A DNA stretch of 64,000 nt from assembly GCA_963845245.1 (NCBI GenBank), contig CAWJRJ010000020.1:32001-96000 (forward strand), read 5' to 3'. The notes under the pieces are model-generated. The model saw only the letters and a list, made by a program, of their open reading frames with translations. It was not told the DNA's origin and made no database searches. Origin of the DNA: Nitrospirota bacterium. GTDB taxonomy: Bacteria > Nitrospirota > JACRHJ01. Positions 9,531 to 19,950 of this stretch are shown in pieces. The position numbers and the translations under genes were made by a program. Numbering within the stretch: position 1 is the first letter of the stretch; every line of letters starts with the position of its first letter.

Positions 9531-11073
9531 TTATCCCTTTTCGTCCGTTTGCACAGCCGTAGCTTCAGTCTGAATATCCGTAGAGCCCCTTCTGACTTCT
9601 TTTTTGAGCTGCGGGAAGAGTATGACGTCCCTGATAGATGCAGCAGTCGGTGAACAGCATGACAAGCCTGTCGATGCCTATACCCTGTCCTGCCGTTGGC
9701 GGCATCCCGTATTCCAGCGCACGGACGTAGTCCTCGTCCATGAACTGCGCCTCCGCGTCGCCGCTCTCTCGCTGCGCCACCTGGTCCATGAAACGCGACG
9801 CCTGATCCATCGGGTCGTTAAGCTCCGAGAAGGCGTTAGCCATCTCGCGGCCTGCAATGAAAAGCTCGAAACGGTCTACTATCTCCGGCCTCTGGTCGTT
9901 GCGCCTGGAAAGTGGCGAAAGCTCAACAGGGTATTCCGTAATGAACGTCGGGTTGATGAGCTTGAACTCCGTCGTCTTCTCGAATATCTCGTTAACCACC
10001 TTGGCAAGGCTTATGCCGGGCATCAGCTTTACATCGTTTGCCTTTGCAAAGTTTATAGCCTTGTCGATGCTGTTCAGGTCTTCCGGAGTCGCATCTGTAT
10101 ACTTGACTATCGCCTGCTCCATCGACATCCTGTCCCAGGGTGCGGTGAAGTCTATCTCGTCGCCCTGGTAGGTTATCTTCATCGAGCCGCACGACTGCAT
10201 CGCGATTGCGGCGAAAAGCTCCTCGGTCAGTTCCATGAGCACGTTGTAATCCGCGTATGCCATGTAGAACTCCAGCATCGTGAACTCGGGGTTGTGCTTG
10301 ATTGATATGCCTTCGTTTCTGAAGTTACGGTTAAGCTCGTACACGCGCTCGAACCCTCCCACGATGAGCCGCTTCAGATATAGCTCCGGTGCGATGCGCA
10401 GGTAGAGGTCCATGTCCAGGGCGTTATGGTGGGTGGTGAACGGCCGTGCCGTCGCCCCACCCGGTATGCTCTGCATCATCGGGGTCTCTACCTCAAGGAA
10501 GCCCTTCTCCTCAAGGAATGCACGTATCGCCTTGATTATTCGGTTACGTACCCTGAAGGTCTCTTTCACCTCCGGGTTCACGATAAGGTCGACATACCTC
10601 TGACGGTAGCGCATCTCGATGTCTGTGAGGCCGTGGAATTTCTCGGGCAGGGGCCGGAGCGACTTTGAAAGCAGGGTGAACCGCTCCACCTCGATGGTAA
10701 GCTCGTTAGTCTTCGTCCTGAAAAGATGCCCCTCGACGCCGATGTGGTCGCCAAGGTCAAGGAGGTTCATCAGCTTGTACTGCTCCTCGCCGATGTGGTC
10801 CTTCTTCATGTATATCTGGACCCTGCCGGTGGAGTCCTGTATGTGCGCGAATGCGGCCTTGCCGAAGCTGCGGAAAGCGACTATGCGGCCCGCGGCGGTG
10901 ATGTGAACCTTGTCGGCCTCAAGCTCCTCTTTCGTCTTCTCGCCGAAGTTTGCGTGGATATCCGCCGCCTTGTCCTTTACGTCGTAGCGCTGGCCGTAGG
11001 GGTTTATCCCCATGGCTTTTATGTCTTCAAGCTTCTTCTTGCGTACCTGTATTTGTTCGTTTTCCTCAAGCAT
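9531..11073 (-). CDS. lysS: Lysine--tRNA ligase (apparent frameshift near 9645)
   Basis: [34 protein letters not shown]; conserved SIRDVILFP lies in the adjacent frame ending at TAA 9531. Confidence 0.95.
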
Positions 11074-11109
11074 TAATCTAGTCCTTTCAATGATTTATAA
11101 AGTCTTGGA

Positions 11110-11138
11110 ATTATAAGAGAATTGGCGGATGGTGTCAA
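11110..11138 (-). promoter_or_regulatory. Consensus sigma70 promoter for lysS-lol operon
   Basis: Perfect TTGACA-17 nt-TATAAT on minus strand. Confidence 0.85.
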
Positions 11139-11218
11139 CAGTATTATTGACTTTTTACCACGGGCATGATTAAATGGAATTAGAAAATTGCGTTAGCGTA
11201 TGTCGTTGGAGGCTGGAC

Positions 11219-11434
11219 ATGAAATTTAACGTGATGTTGGAAAAAGCTGAAGAAGGTGGCTATAACGTTACCGTGCCTGCGCTCGATGGCTGCTTCACGG
11301 AAGGCGATACAATAGAAGAAGCTATGGAGAACGCAAAAGAAGCCATCCTTTGCTACCTTGAGGGCCTTGAGAAAATAAACGAGATTAAATCAAAGCCGAA
11401 TGCTGTGTTTAAAGAGGTAGAGGTCGCGATTTGA
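11219..11434 (+). CDS. hicB: HicB family antitoxin (short form)
   Basis: [40 protein letters not shown] before ATG 11219. Confidence 0.9.
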   Translation: MKFNVMLEKAEEGGYNVTVPALDGCFTEGDTIEEAMENAKEAILCYLEGLEKINEIKSKPNAVFKEVEVAI

Positions 11435-11646
11435 GCGACACCTTCTCCGGCAAAGAGGTGGTCAAAGCGCTCCATCGTCTCGGTTTTGTGGTTGACCACC
11501 AAAGGGGAAGCCACATCTTCCTGCATAACCTCGAAAGAAACATTTCAGTAGTAGTTCCCAACCACAAAGAATTGAAAAAAGGGACATTGAACAACATCCT
11601 CAAGAAGGCAGGCCTTACCTTGGATGAACTCAGAAGGCTTAAATAA
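11431..11646 (+). CDS. hicA: HicA family mRNA interferase toxin
   Basis: GF...QRGSH...[23 protein letters not shown]. Confidence 0.9.
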   Translation: MSDTFSGKEVVKALHRLGFVVDHQRGSHIFLHNLERNISVVVPNHKELKKGTLNNILKKAGLTLDELRRLK

Positions 11647-11676
11647 GGCTTTGAATCTTCAGGAGAGGAATAGTTT

Positions 11677-12234
11677 ATGATAATTAAGAAAGTCTTAGGA
11701 CAAGATAAATGTACTATTCAAGGTGACGAATTAATCACGAATGGTAAAACGGTAAATATACTCGGCCTGCAGGACGTAACCGCAAATTCAAAAGATGCAT
11801 CACTTATCTTGACCGTAATTTTAATAGCTGGTCTTGTTCCAATCGTTCCAACTTTATATTTTGTTATTTCAAAAGGTGTAATTTCAAGTTCATTGTCTGA
11901 TTTAAGTAAATTTGAAAATGTGTGGAACTTAATAGTTTTCTCCATGGTAATAGGAGCTTATTTATTTGTGTTCTGGGTAATTACAAGAGTAAAAAAATAT
12001 GCCAAAGAATATAGAAGTTTCTGGTCTGTATATCTGGACCGTCCTCGAAGTTTCTTTTGTTCTGATCAATGGAGGCCACGTGGATACATGGGATTAGACA
12101 ATATCAACCCCAATAGGGAAAGGGTTAGCCTTTTGGTTGAAAAAAAGGATGATATTAATATAGAAACGAAAATGAAAGAGTTGGAAATAATGCTTGCGCA
12201 AAAACGAGCGCTCGCTAATAACGATAGAAAGTAG
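11677..12234 (+). CDS. Hypothetical 2-TM membrane protein, AT-rich
   Basis: GGAGAGG SD; two hydrophobic segments; visibly lower GC than flanks. Confidence 0.65.
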   Translation: MIIKKVLGQDKCTIQGDELITNGKTVNILGLQDVTANSKDASLILTVILIAGLVPIVPTLYFVISKGVISSSLSDLSKFENVWNLIVFSMVIGAYLFVFWVITRVKKYAKEYRSFWSVYLDRPRSFFCSDQWRPRGYMGLDNINPNRERVSLLVEKKDDINIETKMKELEIMLAQKRALANNDRK

Positions 12235-12237
12235 TTT

Positions 12238-12876
12238 TTACTTCAGTATCACGCCCGTCTTGTAGCTCCAGAGCGCCAGGTCCATCTCGTCCATGTCGAT
12301 GCCTATCTCGTTTGAGAAATCCCGCAGCCGGTCCTCGATTTCGATGTATTTCTTGCGGTTGGCAGGCTTGTCGTTCGTCGGCAGGACGCCAAGCTCGAAC
12401 AGCATGTTGACGATATGCTTGTCGAGTATGGCGTACCCGGAATAGCCGATGTTGCGGAGGAAGTGGCTGGCCTCCTTGTAGCCGATACCCTTGATGCCCT
12501 TGTTGGCCGCGAAGAAGTCGCGCCGCTCGTGGAAGTCCGTCAGCGAGTTCAGCTTCTTCTTGAGCTTGAAGCCGGTCTCCTGCATAAGATAGTCGCGGGT
12601 GTGGATGATGTATGTGGGGCGTACCCTCCAGAAGCGGTACCGACCGCATAGGGTGTTCTGCAGGCCTTCGAGGTCGGCGGTAAGGATGCCGTCGCCTGCG
12701 GCCTCTATGCATGTGATGCCCATCTTGGCCGAGGTATTGGCTGTGAGGATGCAGAAGCACAGCTCCTTGAATATAGCGAGGTCGCCCTTTTTATAAACCA
12801 GCGGGAACTCCGCAAGCCGCGCCCGTATCTCGTCCTTGCGCTCCTTGTAATGCCGCAGGAGGTCGTCTACCGTCAT
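12238..12876 (-). CDS. ogg: N-glycosylase/DNA lyase (Ogg2-type 8-oxoguanine glycosylase)
   Basis: ELCFCILTAN, KGIGYKEASHFLRNIG HhH, AILDKHI, DLALWS...LK C-terminus. Confidence 0.85.
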   Translation of the reverse strand: MTVDDLLRHYKERKDEIRARLAEFPLVYKKGDLAIFKELCFCILTANTSAKMGITCIEAAGDGILTADLEGLQNTLCGRYRFWRVRPTYIIHTRDYLMQETGFKLKKKLNSLTDFHERRDFFAANKGIKGIGYKEASHFLRNIGYSGYAILDKHIVNMLFELGVLPTNDKPANRKKYIEIEDRLRDFSNEIGIDMDEMDLALWSYKTGVILK

Positions 12877-14004
12877 ATGTCGTCCTTCAACGTGCCGGGC
12901 TGTGCTCTCTTGCCGAGCAGATACGCCTCGATGAAGCCGTCGAGGTCGCCGTCCATGACGGCACTTATGTTGCCCACCTCATAGCCTGTCCTGTGGTCCT
13001 TCGCCATCTGGTAGGGCATGAAGACGTAGGAGCGTATCTGGCTGCCCCAGGCGATGTCTTTCTTCTCTGCGTTTACCTTGTCCATCTCGGCCTCTTTTTT
13101 CTTTACCTCGAGGTCGTAGAGCCTTGAACGCAATACCTTGAATGCCTTGTTCTTGTTCTTAAGCTGTGAACGTTCGTCCTGGCACTGCACGACGGTGTTG
13201 GTCGGTATGTGCGTGATGCGTATCGCGGATGAGGTCTTGTTGACGTGCTGGCCGCCCGCTCCGGAAGCACGGTAGGTGTCTATGCGCAGGTCCTTCTCGT
13301 CTATCTCCACGACGACGTCGTCCTCGATCTCGGGATATACGAACACCGACGCGAAGCTTGTGTGGCGGCGCTTATTGGCGTCGAATGGGGATATCCGCAC
13401 TAACCTGTGTACTCCCGCCTCGGACTTGAGATACCCATATGCGTTCAGGCCGTTCACCTCAAACGTGACGCTCTTTATGCCCGCCTCGTCGCCGGGGAGC
13501 AGGTCCAGTATCTCGGTCTGGTAGCCGCGCCTCTCGGCCCAGCGCAGGTACATCCGAAGGAGCATCTCGGCCCAGTCCTGGGACTCGGTGCCGCCCGCGC
13601 CCGGGTGTACGGTTACCAATGCGTTGTTTTTGTCGTTGGGGCCGGATAGCATCAGCTCAAGCTCGGCGGAGTCCACCGCGTGGTCGAGCTTCTTTATGCT
13701 GTCGTCTATCTCGGGCAGCAGGGCCTCGCCGCCTTCCTCCAGGGTCAACTCCGCCATCACCTGAAGGTCTTCGAGGGATTTTACAAGGGCCTTCCAGATA
13801 TTGACCGTGGCCTCAAGCCCGGTCTTCTCCTTCATCAGGAGCTGCCCAGCCTCGGCGTTGTCCCAGAACCCCTCCTCTTCCATCTTGGTTACTATCTCTG
13901 CTAGCCGTTTTTCTTTTCCGGCCAGGTCAAAGATGCCCCCTCAGGGCCGAGACCCTATCCTCAAGCGCGGACAGTTCGCGCTGTATGTCTTCCTGTGCGA
14001 TCAT
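12873..14004 (-). CDS. prfB: Peptide chain release factor 2 with programmed +1 frameshift
   Basis: SPF and GGQ motifs; ATG 14004, then 25 codons ending in CTT followed by TGA-C, continuing in +1 frame. Confidence 0.95.
13926..13941 (-). promoter_or_regulatory. prfB programmed ribosomal frameshift signal
   Basis: AGGGGG-CAT-CTT-TGA-C (internal SD, 3 nt, CUU UGA C). Confidence 0.92.
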
Positions 14005-15525
14005 TACACGTTACTCCTCTTTTTTAACGATACCGATACTATTATTAAAGCAGAAATCAGGGCGCATGCATAGGCGAAAATATCGCCGTAGCGCGTGTAG
14101 AATGTTAGCTCGTTTACAAGCGGGACCTCACCGGACAGGGTTTCGCGCGTGAAAATTCCTGTCCTAGAAACGACCTCTCCTGATGGCAGTATTATCCCGG
14201 TTATACCTGTATTGGCAGCCCTAAGCATCGAACGCCTGTTCTCAACCGCACGGAAGATCGCCATATTGAAATGCTGGTAGGGGGCCGCAGTCTTTCCGTA
14301 CCATGCGTCGTTTGTTACGGTGACAAGACAGTCCGCGCCGCCGAGGGCGAACCGGCGCACAAGCTCGGGGAATATCGCCTCGAAGCATATAGCCGTCCCG
14401 ATCCTGGCCTTATTAGTGTCCAGCAGCGTGTAGCTCGTTCCCGCGCCAAAATCGCCTATTCCGCTCACCATCTTCGATACGAACGGCAGGAGCTTCTTCA
14501 AGCGGTATGTACTCGCCGAACGGGACAAGGTGCATCTTGTCGTACCGGCCTGCTACCTCACCGGAAGGTGAGATGAGGTATGCGCTATTGTGTTCCAGGT
14601 ACTTGTCATTCCCGAGTTCTTCCACGCTCGGGCTTCCCGTCAAAAGAAATGTGCTGGATGCCTTCGCGACGTCAAGGAGCCTGGAGTTGTAGTACTTGTC
14701 CTGAAAATAAAAAGGCGTCGCTGTCTCGGGCCAGATTACAATGTCTGGTTTTGCGTTTGCGGCTTCAAGCGTCATTTGGGTATAAGTGTCAAAGATATCT
14801 CTCTGGTACTGGGCGTCCCACTTATGGAACTGCTCGATGTTCCCCTGGATGAGCGCGACCTTGAGCCGTCCATTCTCATGGGGAGGGTGCGACAGCCTGT
14901 ACTGGCCGTACCCGAATACGAGCGCGACAGCCGTAAATGCCGCTACGGGTTTCAGTGCCCGTCCAAAACTTCTATTGCCTGTATCCGCAATGTATTCGGC
15001 AAGAGCTGCATTAACCAGCACTATAAGCGCAGATACACCGTATACGCCAGTGACGTCTGCTATCTGAATAATGGCCAGGTTTGCGTGCTGTGAATATCCA
15101 AGCTGGTCCCAGGGGAAGCCGGTGATGATGTAGTTTCTGGCAAGCTCGAGCGATACCCATATGGCAGGTGCGGCCAGTATAAAGACCGCCGGAGATTTTT
15201 TTCTGACATATGCTGCCAAGGCCGCGAACAGGCCGACATATACTGCTAGGTACGCCGAAAGCGCGGCCATCAGGATAATACTCACGGCGATGTTCAGGCC
15301 GCCGTAATAGAACATCGCGTTTACGATCCAGTATATTGATGATATGTAAAAGACGAGCCCGGCGACGAAGCCCTTATAAAAAGAACCTTCTGAGCCGTCT
15401 TTTATGGAGAGCAGGAGCGGGACAAGCGCAAACCATGCCACGACCTGGATGTCTGCCAGAGGGAATGAGACGCTTAAGAGTATGCCTGAGATTATAGGGA
15501 GGAGATACCCTCGGAACCTGCCCAT
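14004..15525 (-). CDS. lnt: Apolipoprotein N-acyltransferase (apparent frameshift near 14500)
   Basis: GFPW, QGNI, VIWPETA, YDKMHLVPFGEY, ICFEAIF, TNDAW, RAVENRR; start 15525 overlaps upstream TGA. Confidence 0.93.
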
Positions 15526-15956
15526 CAGCCTTTTTGGCTCTGCAACCACTTTTGCATGGCCTCGCCCATGGAGCCTATGCGGCCGGTGTCTTCCTGGGCT
15601 TCGACCTGGGGTCTGCGTTCCTGGGGTTTCGGTCTGGGAGGCCTTGTGCTTTTCTGCTGCTGGGCGTTCTGCCGGGCGTCGGGTCTTGCCTGGAAACGTT
15701 CGCGCCGGGGTTTTTCTACGGGTTTGGTTTGGGGTTGGGCCTGGGCTTCGGAAACGCTTTCCGCTTTTGCAGGAGCAATCTTTAGCAGCGAGTGCCGGTA
15801 GAGCATCTGGCCATTGCCGCCGTCCATAAAGACGACGTAGCCATCAAAGTTCTTTATCTTGCCGCGAACGACGGAACCGTCCTTGAGAGTAGCCTCAACC
15901 TCGGTTTTGTCAGTTGCGTACCCTTCAAGGGCCTGGTCTATCGCATTACCTTGCAT
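15525..15956 (-). CDS. Divergent Hfq/Sm-domain protein with long low-complexity C-terminal tail
   Basis: LKDGSVVRGKIKNFDGYVV...QMLYRHSL resembles Hfq Sm1/Sm2 (G.I.SFD.F.I...QMVYKHAI). Confidence 0.75.
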   Translation of the reverse strand: MQGNAIDQALEGYATDKTEVEATLKDGSVVRGKIKNFDGYVVFMDGGNGQMLYRHSLLKIAPAKAESVSEAQAQPQTKPVEKPRRERFQARPDARQNAQQQKSTRPPRPKPQERRPQVEAQEDTGRIGSMGEAMQKWLQSQKG

Positions 15957-16431
15957 TTTCTTTTCCTGAATGCCGCCTGTAGCCCGGGCCTATGCTGCAT
16001 ATGCCGTGTTTGTATAGCAGGACCTGGCCCCGGCCTGTCCTGACGGAGACGGTGAAGCCGTCATAACCTTCCACCACACCGCGTATCTCATCGCCGCTGT
16101 TAAAGCTGAAAAGTGCAAGGGTCTTTTCTTTGATGTACCTGTTAAGGAACTCGTCCTGGACCCTTGACCTCGAAGTGATTGGAACTATTTCTGGCGTAGC
16201 GCCGAAGAAGGAGGGCTCCAGAAGATCGCTGCCAGGAGTGATGCTGGCAATCTCTTTTTTGGGGAGTGTGACAATGTTTCCGCCGGAATCGATACTTACG
16301 TCATACCTGCCGGCAAATGTAACAATGCCGGATAGTTTTTCCCTGTTTGAAAGCAGAAGCCTCAGGGGTGTAGTATTCTCGACTGCCCTGGATAAAAAAG
16401 TCTCTTCTATTTTAAGTCCGGTATCGGTCAT
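15946..16431 (-). CDS. Tandem two-domain Hfq-like protein
   Basis: Domain 2 VQDEFLN...GVVEGYDGFTV...QVLLYKHGICSI is clearly Hfq-like; domain 1 IEETFLS...LSNREKLSGIV...LPKKEIASITP is a degenerate copy. Confidence 0.75.
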   Translation of the reverse strand: MTDTGLKIEETFLSRAVENTTPLRLLLSNREKLSGIVTFAGRYDVSIDSGGNIVTLPKKEIASITPGSDLLEPSFFGATPEIVPITSRSRVQDEFLNRYIKEKTLALFSFNSGDEIRGVVEGYDGFTVSVRTGRGQVLLYKHGICSIGPGYRRHSGKENAR

Positions 16432-16437
16432 GGAAAA

Positions 16438-16466
16438 AGTATAAAAGAAAGTGGTTGAGTTTGCAA
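16438..16466 (-). promoter_or_regulatory. sigma70-type promoter placing +1 at the ATG of the tandem-Hfq gene
   Basis: TTGCAA-17 nt-TATACT, 6 nt before ATG 16431, no SD. Confidence 0.65.
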
Positions 16467-16525
16467 GGCATTATTTGACTATAACCCTGTGGGCAAACAT
16501 ATCCGCAGGACCGTGTTGGGCATGT

Positions 16526-16927
16526 TTATTCGGAAAGGCAGTCCTGGCAGGAACCATAGAACTCAAAGCGGTGCCTGTTTACCTGCACTCCCATCTGGCT
16601 GCTGATTTCTTGTTCTATATTCGCGGATATAGGGGTTTCCACGTCGAGTATCTTCCCGCAGTTTTCGCAGGTGAAATGGTAATGGTTGCAAGCGTTCCCG
16701 TCGAAGCGGCTGAAACCCTTGCCATAGCAGAGTTCAAGAATCTCGCCCTGGCTTTTAAGTATATTAAGGTTCCTGTACACAGTGCCAAGGCTTATGTTGG
16801 GTATCTTTTTCTTGACCTTGTCATAGACCCAATCGGCGGTGGGATGCGACTTGGTGTTTTTAAGCACTTCGAGAATTACCCTTTTTTGCTTCGTCATCCG
16901 ATACTTGACCTGGGGTTCGTTCTTCAT
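16526..16927 (-). CDS. Fur family regulator (PerR-like)
   Basis: RMTKQKRVIL, HPTADWVY, ISLGTVYRNL, HYHFTCENCG, CQDC. Confidence 0.9.
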   Translation of the reverse strand: MKNEPQVKYRMTKQKRVILEVLKNTKSHPTADWVYDKVKKKIPNISLGTVYRNLNILKSQGEILELCYGKGFSRFDGNACNHYHFTCENCGKILDVETPISANIEQEISSQMGVQVNRHRFEFYGSCQDCLSE

Positions 16928-17086
16928 AAGTAGCATCCTCTGTTATAAAGGCAAAAAAATTTTTCTAAACATAGCATATCAAATTTGAAATATCAAGAAT
17001 AATTAATGATAGTCCGCTTTACTTTCAAAGCCCCGTATGGTAGATTTGCTCTCCTAAGTACAGGTTTAATATAAGGAGGCCATTTT

Positions 17087-18049
17087 TTGGCAAATGTATC
17101 TATAGGCATCGACATTGGTGGTACTAATATCCGTTTTGGCATTGTCGACAAGGCCGGAAACGTTATTGCCCTAAAGAGGACAAAAACAGAGGCGGCAGAA
17201 GGCTTTGGTCGCATACTCGGAAGGCTGAAGAAGGGGATTTCCTCACTTTCGGAAAAGGCTTCCGAGAGTGGTCACACCCTCAAAGGCCTGGGTATAGGCG
17301 TCCCTGGGATAATATCTTCTGAAGAGGGGATCGTGAGGTTCTCACCAAACTTGCCCGGCTGGGTGGATGTACCTTTGAGAGATGCGGTTGCCAATTTCTC
17401 CAAAGTACCTGTTCATGTTGAAAATGACGCCAATGCGTATGCCTTGGGGGAGGCCACCTTCGGGGCGGGGCGGGGGGCTGACAGCCTGCTCTGCATTACC
17501 CTTGGGACAGGCGTCGGCGGCGGCATCATACTTTACAAAAAGTTGTGGCGGGGCGAGGACGGGATGGCGGGGGAGGTCGGGCATATGACAGTGGAGCCGC
17601 GCGGGTATCCCTGCCCCTGCGGTAATACTGGTTGTCTTGAGAGGTATTCCTCGGCGACCGCGTTGATTGACAGGACTGTCGAGGCCCTGTTAAAAGGCAG
17701 GAAGTCAGAACTCATGAAAATGTATATGGCCGACCCTTCCTCGGTTACACCGGAAACTATTGCAAATGCCGCCGGAAATGGCGACCGGCTGGCTATAGGT
17801 ATGTACAGAGACGTCGGAAAGTATCTGGGAATCGCATCCGCTGGGATAATCAACTTTCTAAACATCGACAGGATTGTCATCGGGGGCGGGCTCGCCGGGT
17901 CATGGGACCTTTTTATCGGGCCGCTCAAGGCCGAGATTAAGGCAAGAGCCTTCAAGATTCCGGCCAGCCGGTGCGAGGTCGTACCGGGTGCGCTTGGTGA
18001 CGACGCCGGGGTACTTGGCGCGGCCAGTCTGACAAAGACGTTATTATAA
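17087..18049 (+). CDS. ROK family glucokinase
   Basis: IGIDIGGT, ENDANA, TLGTGVGGG, GEVGH, CPCGNTGCLE. Confidence 0.9.
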   Translation: MANVSIGIDIGGTNIRFGIVDKAGNVIALKRTKTEAAEGFGRILGRLKKGISSLSEKASESGHTLKGLGIGVPGIISSEEGIVRFSPNLPGWVDVPLRDAVANFSKVPVHVENDANAYALGEATFGAGRGADSLLCITLGTGVGGGIILYKKLWRGEDGMAGEVGHMTVEPRGYPCPCGNTGCLERYSSATALIDRTVEALLKGRKSELMKMYMADPSSVTPETIANAAGNGDRLAIGMYRDVGKYLGIASAGIINFLNIDRIVIGGGLAGSWDLFIGPLKAEIKARAFKIPASRCEVVPGALGDDAGVLGAASLTKTLL

Positions 18050-18072
18050 CCATCTGTCTGTTAATAATTATT

Positions 18073-18101
18073 TTGACTTTGAGCCTTAATAAATATACAA
18101 T
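18073..18101 (+). promoter_or_regulatory. sigma70-type promoter for lepA
   Basis: TTGACT-17 nt-TACAAT, 11 nt before ATG. Confidence 0.65.
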
Positions 18102-18112
18102 AAAAAGCTCAA

Positions 18113-19912
18113 ATGAAACTCGAAAACATTAGAAATTTCAGCATTATCGCTCACATAGACCACGGCAAGTCAACGTTGGCCGACAGGCTTCTGGAGATTA
18201 CGGGCGCTCTTAGTGCACGCGAGATGGAAAATCAGGTCCTGGACGACATGGACCTGGAGCGCGAGCGCGGCATAACCATAAAGGCGCACGCCGTCAGGCT
18301 TAATTATCTGGCCGACGACGGCAAGATGTATATCCTGAACCTGATTGACACCCCCGGCCATGTGGATTTCACCTATGAAGTCTCCCGCAGCCTCGCTGCT
18401 TGTGAGGGCGTCCTCCTTGTGGTTGACGCCTCGCAGGGAGTGGAGGCCCAGACTCTGGCCAACGCCTACCTCGCCATCGACAACGACCTCGAGATAATAC
18501 CCGTAATCAACAAGATTGACCTCCCAAGCGCGGACCCTGAGAGGGTCAGGACGGAGATAGAGGAGGTCATCGGCATTGACGCCTCCATAGCTATACCCGT
18601 CAGCGCGAAAGAGGGTAAAGGTATAAAAGAGACCCTCGAAGCGATAGTCAAGTACGTGCCGCCTCCAGTTGGAGATATCGACGCACCGCTTAAGGCACTG
18701 ATATTCGACTCCTGGTTCGATTCATACCAGGGGGTGATAGTGCTTGTAAGGGTGATGGACGGGATGGTCAAGAAGGGTATGAAAATAAAGCTCTTCTCGA
18801 ACGACAAGACCTTCGAGGTCATGGAGGTAGGTTACTCCACCCCGAAGATGCTCAAGTCCGAAGGGCTTTTCCCCGGAGAGGTCGGATACATAATTGCCGG
18901 AATAAGGAAGGTTTCCGACTCCAAGATAGGCGATACCATCACCACAGTGGAGAAACCGGCCGCCGGACCGCTGCCCGGCTACCGCGAAGTCAAGCCGATG
19001 GTTTTCTGCGGGCTATATCCTACAGACACCAACCAGTACGAGGAGCTGAGAGACGCCCTTGAGAAGCTGAGGCTTAACGACTCGTCCTTCTCGTACGAGC
19101 CCGAGACCTCGCTTGCGCTGGGCTTCGGCTTCAGGTGCGGTTTCCTGGGGCTTCTCCATATGGAGATAATACAGGAGCGGCTTGAGAGGGAGTTTAATCT
19201 GTCCTTGCTTTCGACTGCCCCGACCGTCGTTTACCGGGTCACAAAGCTTGACGGCGAGGTCGTGCTGGTGGACAACCCCGCGAAACTCCCCGATGTCCAG
19301 AAGATCGCATCGATGGAGGAGCCGATCATACTTGCCACCATCATGGTGCCTAACGAATACATAGGCTCCATATTCGCCATCTGTCAGGAGAGGCGGGGCA
19401 TAAAGAAGAGCCTCAGCTACCTCGACCGCGACAGGTCGATAATAACATATGAACTGCCGTTGAACGAAGTGGTGCTTGATTTTTACGACAGGCTCAAGTC
19501 TGTCAGCCGCGGATACGCCTCTCTGGATTACGAGCTTATAGGCTACAGGGAATCTAACCTGGTCAAGCTTGACATCCTTCTGAACAGCGAGATAGTGGAT
19601 GCCCTTTCACTTATAACCCACCGGGACAAGTCGGTTATAAGGGGCAGGGAGCTTGCCATAAGGCTTAAAGAGCTTATTCCCCGCCAGATGTTCGAGGTCG
19701 TCATCCAGGCCGCAATTGGCGCCAAGATAATCGCTCGCGAAACAGTACGGGCGCTGAGGAAAGACGTCATAGCAAAATGCTACGGCGGCGACATAACAAG
19801 GAAGAGGAAGCTGCTTGAGAAACAGAAGGAAGGCAAGAAGAAGATGAAGCAGCTGGGTTCGGTAGAGATACCTCAGGAGGCCTTCCTGGCCGTGCTGAAG
19901 GTAAAAGACTGA
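18113..19912 (+). CDS. lepA: Elongation factor 4
   Basis: [20 protein letters not shown] ... [21 protein letters not shown]. Confidence 0.98.
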   Translation: MKLENIRNFSIIAHIDHGKSTLADRLLEITGALSAREMENQVLDDMDLERERGITIKAHAVRLNYLADDGKMYILNLIDTPGHVDFTYEVSRSLAACEGVLLVVDASQGVEAQTLANAYLAIDNDLEIIPVINKIDLPSADPERVRTEIEEVIGIDASIAIPVSAKEGKGIKETLEAIVKYVPPPVGDIDAPLKALIFDSWFDSYQGVIVLVRVMDGMVKKGMKIKLFSNDKTFEVMEVGYSTPKMLKSEGLFPGEVGYIIAGIRKVSDSKIGDTITTVEKPAAGPLPGYREVKPMVFCGLYPTDTNQYEELRDALEKLRLNDSSFSYEPETSLALGFGFRCGFLGLLHMEIIQERLEREFNLSLLSTAPTVVYRVTKLDGEVVLVDNPAKLPDVQKIASMEEPIILATIMVPNEYIGSIFAICQERRGIKKSLSYLDRDRSIITYELPLNEVVLDFYDRLKSVSRGYASLDYELIGYRESNLVKLDILLNSEIVDALSLITHRDKSVIRGRELAIRLKELIPRQMFEVVIQAAIGAKIIARETVRALRKDVIAKCYGGDITRKRKLLEKQKEGKKKMKQLGSVEIPQEAFLAVLKVKD

Positions 19913-19950
19913 TAGTACCCATACCCTTGCCGATAGGGTGGCTTTTATTG

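Noticed and set aside
16980..17015. Fur/Per autoregulatory box upstream of the fur-family gene
   Set aside because: AT-rich but the match to either consensus is too weak to call
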